Of a stretch of DNA of 44,701 nucleotides, positions 18,802-28,338 are shown piece after piece. The notes beneath the pieces were generated by a model. It saw nothing but the letters and a program-made list of their open reading frames with translations, ran no database searches and was not told the origin of the DNA. Within the stretch, counting starts at the first letter, position 1; every line of letters starts with the position of its first letter. Made by a program: the position numbers and the translations under genes. Source of the stretch: Promethearchaeota archaeon (GTDB lineage Archaea; Asgardarchaeota; Lokiarchaeia; Sigyniarchaeales; SOKP01); contig JBHLOC010000021.1 of assembly GCA_048940925.1 (NCBI GenBank), positions 1 through 44,701 of the forward strand. Direction: 5' to 3'.

Positions 18802-20526
18802 TTATATAAAGTATGATAATAAATTATAAATGGAATATGATGCTGAACCAATAATAAGCATGCTAATTATAGTTATTCTTAATAAAAAAGTCCATTTCAT
18901 ATCATCTTTTAATAATTCTCTAATAGAATTCTTAAAACTCATAACATATCTTTTTAATAAATTATGGTGCTTTTGTTTTAAGGATACAGGAGTCCTATAA
19001 GTTATTGACACTGTTTTAAATTCAACCACATCAATAGGAAGACATACATACAAAATTACAAAAATAAATAAAATTATCATAAAGAAGGTACTAATTATAT
19101 TATCATAAATCAGAGAAATTGTGTCTGCAAGAACCCACCCTTCTACTTGTTGAATTGTTAACATAATTATCATTCCTCCTAACCCAAAAAGATCAAAAAA
19201 ATCAAGTTTTCTAAACCATTTTCTAATATCAATTGACTCAACATTATAAGCAAAAATATGATGAAATTTATAGTTAAATTTCCTTTTGAATTTAAATGTC
19301 TTACCTTCCTTATTAAAAGAAAAAAAATCTCCACCAGCTTGGCTAAAATCATTATTGAATGCTTTAACAAGAAGTATAAATCCATATATCAAACTAATCC
19401 ACCAAAATAATGGTCCAAATAGAATCAATTGAGATAACATCATAATAGCAAAAGTTATTAAAAAAATTCCAAATATTAAATCAAATAAATGAAAATGAGT
19501 ATCACTGATTTCTGAAAATGGTGCTTTTAATTCACTAATAACATTTTTTGAATCCTTTTTATAATCTCTGTTTATTTCACCTCCTAAGAAATTACTTATT
19601 TTTTTTCTTTGCTCTAATCGATTCTTAATTTTAAATGGCGAAAACCACATTTCATATAGATGAGTCTTAGTAGCTATTTCAAAATAATGTTGAGGTAATA
19701 AGACTAGAAATATTAAAGAAATACTTTCTAAAATAGAAATAACTATAAAAACCCACGATAAAACATATTCTGGACCTGCTCTTTCAGCAGCAAACAAAGG
19801 AATAGCAGTCATAAGCTGCATTACTATAAATGGTAAAAGAAGCATAATCCAACCTAGTTTCGGACCAAGATGGTTGTTTTGATATCTTATCGCTTCAATA
19901 TCCTTCTTTGGAACTTCTGTTAACCAAGGAAATCCAGGTCTCACTTCATAGAAAAAGTAAAAATTCTCAGATTGAGAAAATGTTCCTTGGAATGGACTTA
20001 AAAAGAAATATAGTAATAAACTAAAACCAATTCCCAATGCAGGTAACCCGGTTATATAAAACCAGGATGGTCCGCCCAATACGACAGCACTACCATATTT
20101 TACCTCATGTCCCACATCTAATCCAAAAATAATTAAAGATATTAAACCAGCAATAATCAAAAGAACAGCAGCTATAAGCCGTGTTATATTAAGTGAGAAA
20201 AATTTTATAAAAGTCTTAACTGGCTCCCTTAAGTTATGTATCGTTTTCACAGTTAAAGAATTTTCATGAAGATAATACGGTGCTATAAAAAATTTTGAAG
20301 CTATAATCATCCCTAACACTACTATTGAAATATCAATTAGAAAGGATATATTAATATCTTCAATAATTATCCCAAAATCAAATTGGTATAAAAACAATAA
20401 TATCCCTACAAAAGTGAGAATACTTCCAATGATAAGAAAAAAAATTCTAAAGATTTTTTTGATTGGATGAGTTAACTTCAGTTTTTCAATTTCTTCATCA
20501 GTTAAAACACTCATAAATAAAATCAT
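18802..20526 (-). CDS. Multi-pass membrane protein, unknown function
   Basis: 574-aa ORF with many hydrophobic segments. Confidence 0.75.
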   Translation of the reverse strand: MILFMSVLTDEEIEKLKLTHPIKKIFRIFFLIIGSILTFVGILLFLYQFDFGIIIEDINISFLIDISIVVLGMIIASKFFIAPYYLHENSLTVKTIHNLREPVKTFIKFFSLNITRLIAAVLLIIAGLISLIIFGLDVGHEVKYGSAVVLGGPSWFYITGLPALGIGFSLLLYFFLSPFQGTFSQSENFYFFYEVRPGFPWLTEVPKKDIEAIRYQNNHLGPKLGWIMLLLPFIVMQLMTAIPLFAAERAGPEYVLSWVFIVISILESISLIFLVLLPQHYFEIATKTHLYEMWFSPFKIKNRLEQRKKISNFLGGEINRDYKKDSKNVISELKAPFSEISDTHFHLFDLIFGIFLITFAIMMLSQLILFGPLFWWISLIYGFILLVKAFNNDFSQAGGDFFSFNKEGKTFKFKRKFNYKFHHIFAYNVESIDIRKWFRKLDFFDLFGLGGMIIMLTIQQVEGWVLADTISLIYDNIISTFFMIILFIFVILYVCLPIDVVEFKTVSITYRTPVSLKQKHHNLLKRYVMSFKNSIRELLKDDMKWTFLLRITIISMLIIGSASYSIYNLLSYFI

Positions 20527-20730
20527 TTTTCAATTATGATTATAATAATATATTGTTAATTTTTTTCTTTAATAAAATTTCAATTTACTTCTTCAAAAAT
20601 TACTGGAAAAGCGCTTTAAATATTAATTTAACATTAAATTATATTTAGAATTAGCTAATAACATAAATAATAGGTTGGTGAGAATACTTTAGATTTTAAA
20701 GATTTCCATGACGGATTATTATCTTTAGCA

Positions 20731-21192
20731 TTGATTTTAGCTTTTTTCTCAATCACTTTTATGATAGGATCCTATTTATTACAACCTTATATTGCATTAA
20801 AGACTGGAGAAAGAAATTTTATTTCAATCTTATGCGGAGTAAATCTGGTATTTTGTTTATATTATTTATGGCAAGTAGTAAAAACTGAAAAAATTTTCAA
20901 ATTGGAAAATAAATATATTATTAAATTTGGCAAAAATATTGGAAAAGTAACGATCTTATATATTCCTCATTTTTTTATATTTACTAGCTTATTTTTTAAA
21001 AATTTGCATAATTTAGAGCTATTAATGGTTGGGCTAATCAGTTTCATGGAAATCTTACTAATCTGTCTCGTGATAAAAGAAGTGTATGATATTGTATTTC
21101 AAGAAGAATCTCAAAGAGATTTTGAATTAGAGGAAAATCGCAAAAAGTATTTGGAAAAAGAGAAAAAATTTTTGCCAAGAGAACATTTTTAA
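20731..21192 (+). CDS. Membrane protein, unknown function (start uncertain; frame open from 20674)
   Basis: About four TM segments and a charged C-tail. Confidence 0.7.
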   Translation: MILAFFSITFMIGSYLLQPYIALKTGERNFISILCGVNLVFCLYYLWQVVKTEKIFKLENKYIIKFGKNIGKVTILYIPHFFIFTSLFFKNLHNLELLMVGLISFMEILLICLVIKEVYDIVFQEESQRDFELEENRKKYLEKEKKFLPREHF

Positions 21193-21216
21193 CTAAAATA
21201 TACTTATTTTAAAGAT

Positions 21217-22455
21217 TTACCTTTTTGCTAACTTCTCTATAGCGGAATCAATCATCTTAAGTTTAGTTGAATACTTTTCCATAAGTTCAGCAAATTTTTC
21301 AACATTAATTTCGTTCCCTTCCCTTAAGACTTTCAATTCATTTATAGTTCTTAAGATCCCTGCTTTTTTATCAATTAATTTTTCTTTTCTACTATAGGGT
21401 ATTTTTTCTTCTAATTTTTTCTTCTGGTATGTCTTAAATCTTTTGATATTTACATCCCTTGGTACAAATTTAGTCAAATAAATTACATTTTTTGGAACAA
21501 ACGGGGCTAAATTTTCTGGAATGATAATTATAGGTTCAGGATCCTGAATTTTTTTTATTTCTTCATAATCTAATTGTTCTACATCACTTTGATTAATATT
21601 TTCTTCTGCGATAGATAAATTTAGCTCTACATTTTCCTTTTCTTCACTAGACAGTGAAAGGTTTTCAAGCATATCATACCAAATATCTTTTGCTTTTAAA
21701 AAATACCACAAAGCTTTTTGATGTAATTTTTTTACTTTTTCTTTATTTATATTTGTTATTGAAGATTCCAAAGAAGCTTGGGCTTTAAGATAGCACGCTT
21801 TACCCATATCATAATGAAATTGGGCTCTTATCTGTTGTTTTTTCTTTTCCTCATGCTTTTTTAAATAAAATAATCTTTTTGATAATAAACTGAGACCCGC
21901 ATATAATTTAGATGAAAAGTAAATATTATTATCATTCTCTTCTTTTAATGCTGCGATACTTTGAGCAAGAACTCTTGATTCTTCCGAATTTAATTCAAGA
22001 TTCTCAGAATCAAGAGAAATTCCTTTATCTTTTTGATAGATAGCAGCAGCGCTAAAATATGCTGCTGTTTTATAGATTTTGCTACATTCTGTCATTGCCA
22101 CTATAGAATTTTCCCATTCTCCTTCTTCCTCGTATTTTTCAGAAAGCTGTGCATATGCTTTAGCCATAATCGATAAAACTCTAGCACATTCAAACATTAT
22201 ATCATGGATTTCAATTTCTCTATTAGCAGTTAAATCTTGAAAAGTAGGAGTGATATCTAAATCTTTTAAAATTGTACTATGATTTTCATTTTGATAATTT
22301 ATATTCAAGATTTTAGTATACTCAAAAACAAGATTTAGATCATCTAAACTAAAATGTTCATCTTCTTTTTCTAAAGCATCTTCTAGTTTCTTTATATTAA
22401 AATGCAAGTATCGAATACGTTGCATAACTTCTTCTTGATAAAAAGGAGACATCAT
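21217..22455 (-). CDS. Alpha-helical (TPR/solenoid-like) hypothetical protein
   Basis: 412 aa; Ala/Tyr-patterned helices (AKAYAQLSE, YDMGKACYLKA). Confidence 0.65.
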   Translation of the reverse strand: MMSPFYQEEVMQRIRYLHFNIKKLEDALEKEDEHFSLDDLNLVFEYTKILNINYQNENHSTILKDLDITPTFQDLTANREIEIHDIMFECARVLSIMAKAYAQLSEKYEEEGEWENSIVAMTECSKIYKTAAYFSAAAIYQKDKGISLDSENLELNSEESRVLAQSIAALKEENDNNIYFSSKLYAGLSLLSKRLFYLKKHEEKKKQQIRAQFHYDMGKACYLKAQASLESSITNINKEKVKKLHQKALWYFLKAKDIWYDMLENLSLSSEEKENVELNLSIAEENINQSDVEQLDYEEIKKIQDPEPIIIIPENLAPFVPKNVIYLTKFVPRDVNIKRFKTYQKKKLEEKIPYSRKEKLIDKKAGILRTINELKVLREGNEINVEKFAELMEKYSTKLKMIDSAIEKLAKR

Positions 22456-22586
22456 CAGATATTAAAGTTTTTTGTTAAATTAACGTTAATTAAGATTATA
22501 TAATCATCATTTTAAAACTAATCTATAAAAATGTTTTAATGATTGGGTTTTCTATAAAACTCTGAAAATTAATTTTTAAAACTAAA

Positions 22587-23909
22587 ATGAAAAAAAAGAG
22601 ATTATTTATTTTTGAATACATTTCTGGGGGTGGATATAGTCAAATTGATATCCCAATTTCTCTTTTTTGTGAAGGTTTTGGGATGTTAAAGTCTATTATT
22701 ACTGATTTTTATAGGTTGGATTTTGAGATAAGCACAATTTTAGATTATAGAATCTTTCTTTTATCTAAATATTTACCCACAAATATCATAAAAAAAGTTG
22801 AAAGTAAAGAAAAATTTATTCGAAAATTTAAAACTCTTGTTAAAAATAGCACACATGTCTTTATCATTGCTCCTGAGACTTCAAACATACTTTATAATCT
22901 AACAAAAATTGTAAAAAATTATAAAAAAATACTTTTAAGTACTAATCTAGAAGGAATAAAAATCGGAACTTCAAAAATAAATACTCATGATTTTTTTAAA
23001 ACAAATAAGTTAGTTACTCCTAGAACCTATCTAATACCATATAAAAAGAAAAATTTATATGTAGAATTTATCATTGAAAAACTTTACAAATTAGGTACAC
23101 CTATCATAATTAAACCGGAAGATGGCGTGGGAGCAGAATCAATTTACTATTTTGAAACTGAAGATCAAATAAAAGCTTATTTTCAGCAACATAAGAAGTT
23201 TTTAGATATTAATCGTAACTATATTATCCAACAATATGTTGAAGGTCTTGATTTAAGTGCCTCTTTAATTGGAACTCATAGTTCGTCGAATTTTTCAATC
23301 GAATCCCCCTTGATTCTAAGTATAAATTCTCAAACTGTAAACTTTAAAAATTTAAACCATACATCTGAATATTTTGGAGGTTATACTCCCGTAAAAGATG
23401 CTAAAAATATATGTTTTAACTTGAAAAATGCTATTAAATTTTCTAACTTCTCTAAATTTACTGGATATTTTGGTATAGATTTCATAAAAAAAGGAGATTT
23501 CCAACTTTATTTTATAGAAATTAATCCTAGATTAACAACATCTTATATAGGATTGAGAAATGTAATTAATCAAAATCCTGCTAAATTGATACTTAATTCA
23601 AAATTAAATATTATAGATCCCTTAAAGATTGAATATCATAATTTTTCATTATTTTCTAGAATTGAATTACGCTCAAAGAATCTCATCTCTAATAAGGGAT
23701 TATATGAAGGAACAGTAGCTAAATTAATGAAAAAAATTCCGGAATTTGTGACACCTCCTATTTCATTAAATGATTCAGATCATTTCTCTTGCTTTATAGC
23801 CACTAAAACTACAGACTTAGAGTCATCTAAGAAAAGATTTAAAGAAATAACTCAATATTTAGCAAAATTAGGTTTTATAATTCTTAAACCAATAGAACCA
23901 ATGTTATAG
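22587..23909 (+). CDS. ATP-grasp ligase, MfnD (tyramine-glutamate ligase)-like
   Basis: IFEY.SGGG, EG..ML, IIAPE...L, IIKP.DG.G, GYFGIDF and IEINPRLTTSY.GL motifs. Confidence 0.8.
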   Translation: MKKKRLFIFEYISGGGYSQIDIPISLFCEGFGMLKSIITDFYRLDFEISTILDYRIFLLSKYLPTNIIKKVESKEKFIRKFKTLVKNSTHVFIIAPETSNILYNLTKIVKNYKKILLSTNLEGIKIGTSKINTHDFFKTNKLVTPRTYLIPYKKKNLYVEFIIEKLYKLGTPIIIKPEDGVGAESIYYFETEDQIKAYFQQHKKFLDINRNYIIQQYVEGLDLSASLIGTHSSSNFSIESPLILSINSQTVNFKNLNHTSEYFGGYTPVKDAKNICFNLKNAIKFSNFSKFTGYFGIDFIKKGDFQLYFIEINPRLTTSYIGLRNVINQNPAKLILNSKLNIIDPLKIEYHNFSLFSRIELRSKNLISNKGLYEGTVAKLMKKIPEFVTPPISLNDSDHFSCFIATKTTDLESSKKRFKEITQYLAKLGFIILKPIEPML

Positions 23910-24765
23910 TAAAACCGCCGTAGTGGAGCAAGAGAGAGATAATCAAACTGGTTTCAATTTTCAATCCTTTTTTAACACTTAGACTATATGATAATAACCA
24001 GAGAGACCAAACTTGAAAAATGATTAGAAGAACTTTATCTATCAAATTAAATATATTGCTTTCTAATAAATCTAAGAATTTAAAAATAAAATGAAATGTA
24101 AGGTAAAACAACATAGGAAATTGAATAATTGCAAATGATTGAAGAAAATAAACTGTATTTTCCTTATTTTTATAAAAAATTCTTGAAATCCCCTCTATTA
24201 CAATAAAAAATAAAAAAAAATTTGCAATAAAACTTAAACTAGTTATAAACCGGGAAATTGACTCAAATGAACTCTGGTTAGTATCTAAATAAAATAATAA
24301 AATTGAGTAAAATCCATTCAACCAACAAAATAGAGTTCCAAGAATTAATATTACAATTGATATCAAAATCGTGTAAATTTTATCTTTCTTTTCAAACTGT
24401 ATAAATCTCTTAGCTGTTATAGACATTAATTTATTTAGAACAGGGGATTTAAACTCTTTCTTAGGTGCTTTAATTGATTCTATATTGTCCTTTATAGAAT
24501 TATATGCATAAATCCCTAATTCTGTTAAATAATATTTTTTATCCTCTCTTTGTTCAATTAATTCAGATAATGTATCTAAGTGATGATAAATTGTTCCGGT
24601 ACTAACATTAAGCTCTTTTTTTAAGTTGGTAAATGAAGTAAACTCATTATCTCCTATTATCTTTAATATTTCCCTGCGAATTTCATGACCTAAAGCATAA
24701 TAGAAACTCGATTCAATATCATTATTCTTATTCCCCCTTTTTCTAATGTTATTACTGATGCTTAT
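23884..24765 (-). CDS. ArsR-type winged-HTH domain fused to a multi-TM domain; non-canonical ATA/ATC start
   Basis: The frame of the track ORF stays open 113 codons upstream and encodes YALGHEIRREILKII...SFTNLKKELNVSTGTIYHHLDTLSELIEQREDKKYYLTELG. GGAGG SD at 24769-24773; no in-frame ATG/GTG/TTG. Confidence 0.8.
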   Translation of the reverse strand: MSISNNIRKRGNKNNDIESSFYYALGHEIRREILKIIGDNEFTSFTNLKKELNVSTGTIYHHLDTLSELIEQREDKKYYLTELGIYAYNSIKDNIESIKAPKKEFKSPVLNKLMSITAKRFIQFEKKDKIYTILISIVILILGTLFCWLNGFYSILLFYLDTNQSSFESISRFITSLSFIANFFLFFIVIEGISRIFYKNKENTVYFLQSFAIIQFPMLFYLTFHFIFKFLDLLESNIFNLIDKVLLIIFQVWSLWLLSYSLSVKKGLKIETSLIISLLLHYGGFTITLVLLV

Positions 24766-24777
24766 ATGCCTCCAAAT

Positions 24778-25185
24778 TTATTTTTCAAATGTAATTAACA
24801 TATTTAATATATTGAATATAATTAAGAGAAATCCTATAACGCCTAAATAGAAACCTATTCCTGCATTTGGAATATATTTAAATTCTTGTGTAAAATAATC
24901 AAGAAAAAATATAATTAGAAAACCTAAACCTACTGTTGATAATATTACAGATTTAATCTTAAATTCGATTTTGTACATAATTAAAATGCTAGCTGCTAGA
25001 CAAATTATCCCACTGGTTAATGGAAATAAATATAAAAATGAATCTGTAATCTCTACAGATGTAGTGATAATATAAATCTCTATTAAGTTATACTCAGATA
25101 ACCATGAAAAAAATTCAGATAAAATTAATAAAATTGATCCTATTAATCCAAACAGATTCTTATTAAGTTTATTTTTAAATTCCAT
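24778..25185 (-). CDS. Small four-TM membrane protein
   Basis: Hydrophobic 135-aa ORF; F.SW and GIGFYL...G pattern. Confidence 0.75.
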   Translation of the reverse strand: MEFKNKLNKNLFGLIGSILLILSEFFSWLSEYNLIEIYIITTSVEITDSFLYLFPLTSGIICLAASILIMYKIEFKIKSVILSTVGLGFLIIFFLDYFTQEFKYIPNAGIGFYLGVIGFLLIIFNILNMLITFEK

Positions 25186-25320
25186 TGAATATCTATCTAT
25201 TTTATTATCTAATATTGAAAAACTATAAAAATTGAAAAAGAATATTAATAAAATAAATTTTGAAAATATTAATCTTTCTTCAAATTTGAATTCCTAATTA
25301 AACTGTGTAGTGAAACTAAA

Positions 25321-26715
25321 ATGGCTTTAGAAAATGAAGTAGAGATAGATACTGAATCTCCTCCACTCTTTAATTATCTAAAACAAGAAATACCTCTTGA
25401 GGATATTAGAGATTATGCCTCTCCTAAACGCATAACATCAATCGATTTTTTAAAAGGTTTTGCCATTATCTTTGTAATTTTGGCCCATACGGCTCAAGCA
25501 TGGCTTGATAATGATTCTATATATCTATATGGACTTCTTTTTGCCTTATTAGATATTCTTGGTCCTTCATTATTTGTTTTTCTCTCAGCTCTTAGTGTTA
25601 TTTTTAGTATAAAAAGAAAAGAAGGAATTTTACCTCAAAAGATAATTAGAAATCGTATTTTTACTAGAGGAATTGTAATGATAATAATAGGAATGCTAAC
25701 CAATCTAGTTGGAATTGATCCTGTAACAGGTGAAATAATTGTCATTATTTTTGGTTGGAATATTATTACGTTTATTGGGTTTTCTCAAATTTTTTCTTAT
25801 TATATTTTAAAGTTAAAGAAATTAGGACGCATTTTAATAGGGATTTTAATAATTATTTTTTCTCCAGTACTTAGGGCTCTTCTTTTTGAGTGTAAAAAAG
25901 CTGGAAATCTAATCTGTAGTTTTTTCCACTATATTATAACATCTCCAACACCTCACTTAACCCTTTTACCATGGGTATCGATTTGCTTCATCTCTACAAT
26001 ATTTGGCGAATATATTTTTGAGGCGATGAACAAAGGAACTGAAGACGCATATGTGGGTTTATTCCGTATATTTTTTATTTGGGGATTAGTTTTAATTTTG
26101 ACTGGAATTTTTGGATTTTATCCTAACGGTCTAAATTTTGCACAGTGGGAACCTGGTTGGGCATTGCAAACACCTGAATCAGTAATAGGGGGATTATCTG
26201 AATATCCTCATTTACATTTATTAGAAATCGCAAATAAGCAAAATTATTTTGTAATTCCTGGAATGCCTAATTTCTTAATACGTGGTACTAGTGCTAATAT
26301 GTTTTATAACCAAGGAGCTGCATTATTCATTATCTCGATTTTCTTTTACTTTATAGATATTAAGAATGTCTCAAATGACTTCACAAATATGTTAATCTAT
26401 TATGGAAAAGTATCTCTTAGTTTATTTCTTATTCATTTCTTATTTCTCCCAATATTCTTTGATCAATTTACTATATCTATATTTTTAATTATAGTTTTTT
26501 GCTATGTGGGGTTTTTAGGCATCCTTATGTGGATCTGGATGGAAAACTTTAAGGGAATTGGCTCTCCTGAATGGTTAATGGTTCAATTAGGAAGAATTGG
26601 CCAAAAGTCAGGTGAAGTAGTCAAAAAAACATCTAAAAAAGTTTATGCTAAGATTAAAAAGCGAGAAAAAGTAAAGAAGATGGAAGATTTCATGAAAAAA
26701 TTAAGTAAAAAATGA
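25321..26715 (+). CDS. HGSNAT/DUF1624-type membrane acyltransferase, paralog 1
   Basis: RI.SIDF.KGFA....LAH, LFVFLS..S, RG, WNI..FIG and G..SLSLF..H motifs. Confidence 0.8.
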   Translation: MALENEVEIDTESPPLFNYLKQEIPLEDIRDYASPKRITSIDFLKGFAIIFVILAHTAQAWLDNDSIYLYGLLFALLDILGPSLFVFLSALSVIFSIKRKEGILPQKIIRNRIFTRGIVMIIIGMLTNLVGIDPVTGEIIVIIFGWNIITFIGFSQIFSYYILKLKKLGRILIGILIIIFSPVLRALLFECKKAGNLICSFFHYIITSPTPHLTLLPWVSICFISTIFGEYIFEAMNKGTEDAYVGLFRIFFIWGLVLILTGIFGFYPNGLNFAQWEPGWALQTPESVIGGLSEYPHLHLLEIANKQNYFVIPGMPNFLIRGTSANMFYNQGAALFIISIFFYFIDIKNVSNDFTNMLIYYGKVSLSLFLIHFLFLPIFFDQFTISIFLIIVFCYVGFLGILMWIWMENFKGIGSPEWLMVQLGRIGQKSGEVVKKTSKKVYAKIKKREKVKKMEDFMKKLSKK

Positions 26716-26861
26716 TAAAAGAAAGGAGGATAATCTCAAATAAAACAAGGAGATTGACGAAAAATATAAATTCTCACCAGTTTTTATATTTTCATATTTA
26801 TTTAGAATCTCATTAAATGAAGATAGTTTCACTTATCACTTAATAGAATTGAAGATTACTG

Positions 26862-28145
26862 ATGAATAAAACAAAAATTTTCTTTATATTTGGTATTTTT
26901 ATAAACGCTTTATTTTTAGTAATAACTTTTATTTTTTTTTTTTTTTTAAAAAGTCCCCTGATGAGTAGCAGTAATATTGATTATTTAACTTTTTACAATG
27001 CAGGTTTGATCGTAATTAATGATTTACCTAATTTATACAATTCATCACTCTACCTTTTTCCATTTAGATATTTTCCAATTTCAGCTTACTTTTTTACTCC
27101 TTTTTCATTATTAGGGTTAAAGCTGGGTTTCTTTGTATTTCAAATATTTAATTTTATATTAAATCTGATTACTGTTTATTTGATTTATAAAATTATTCAA
27201 CTTTATATGAATACAAATAGAAAGATGACTCTTAGTTATAAAGTGAACAACTTGAAAAATCTTTTCTATGATTTGGATAATGAACCTATACTACATCATT
27301 TTGGGATTTTTTTAATAATGCTCCCTCAATTTATGAACTATTTTTTAGGGCAAATTAATGTAATAGTATCTTTTTTTATTCTTATTTCGCTTTTCTTCTT
27401 CTTAAAAGATAAAGTTAAATTTGACTTCATTGGAGGTATCTCACTTGGTTTGGCAATAGTATTCAAACCCTCTTTAATAATTATTCTACCTTTTATAATA
27501 TTCCTAAATTATGATAACATAGCTAAAAAATTAGTATTTAAATTCAAAAGAACGATTCTAAGACTGTTCGGGACTATCCTCCTACTTATCTTATCAGGGG
27601 TGCTCTTTATAATTCATCCCCGAATGATAGGGGATTTCATTGAAGTTAATCTCACAGGAGAATATACATTTAATGTTGGAGAAGGCTTAAAGATCAATCC
27701 TTCTTTTAGCCTTACGAGAATTATTCTTACTCTTTTTCAAATTCTCGGAATGAATGTCAATTATTTCTTAGTATTTATCTTAATAACTTTAATTTTTTTA
27801 CTTCCATTATATTTATTATTTATATATTTTAGAAATCAACAAAATAAGTTGATTATTGGATATTTTTCAGGTATTGTTATCATGCTACTTGTATATTTTG
27901 ACTCTTGGCCTCATCATATAGTTGTATTAGCCCCTTTCTTAGTGCTTTTTGTATTATTAGAAAAAGACTTTGAACTCTATATCTTTTTTAAATATATTTA
28001 CTATCTCATTTCGTTTTTAATATTGATATTTTGGATTATTTTTTATCTAACATATAATATATTTCCTTTTAATATTGGTGGATTGGTCTTAATGATTTTA
28101 TTATATTATTCTGTACTCATTTATTATTTAAATCAAGTGAAATAA
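26862..28145 (+). CDS. GT-C fold glycosyltransferase, GT87/DUF2029-like
   Basis: D...FY.AG......LY, FRY.P..A..F.P, GQ.N, LA..FKP, N.S and W.HH motifs; multi-TM. Confidence 0.8.
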   Translation: MNKTKIFFIFGIFINALFLVITFIFFFFLKSPLMSSSNIDYLTFYNAGLIVINDLPNLYNSSLYLFPFRYFPISAYFFTPFSLLGLKLGFFVFQIFNFILNLITVYLIYKIIQLYMNTNRKMTLSYKVNNLKNLFYDLDNEPILHHFGIFLIMLPQFMNYFLGQINVIVSFFILISLFFFLKDKVKFDFIGGISLGLAIVFKPSLIIILPFIIFLNYDNIAKKLVFKFKRTILRLFGTILLLILSGVLFIIHPRMIGDFIEVNLTGEYTFNVGEGLKINPSFSLTRIILTLFQILGMNVNYFLVFILITLIFLLPLYLLFIYFRNQQNKLIIGYFSGIVIMLLVYFDSWPHHIVVLAPFLVLFVLLEKDFELYIFFKYIYYLISFLILIFWIIFYLTYNIFPFNIGGLVLMILLYYSVLIYYLNQVK

Positions 28146-28338
28146 ATTTTAGCCAATGTAAGTCATTCATTTTGAAAAAAAAAATGAATCCCTGTATAGT
28201 TTATTTATTCATTGCTTAAATAAAAATACTCATAACAAAAGGTTTTTTTAATTTAAATCTACAACTAAAATATATAAAAATTATATTTAGGAAATTCTAT
28301 TTTTCCTTATTCTATCTTTAATTGGTATATGATCAAAA

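Noticed and set aside
5844-19385. Short shadow ORFs 5844-6062, 9416-9694, 10963-11181, 13069-13398, 16427-16651 and 19179-19385
   Set aside because: They overlap well-supported genes in antisense or alternate frames and have no motifs.
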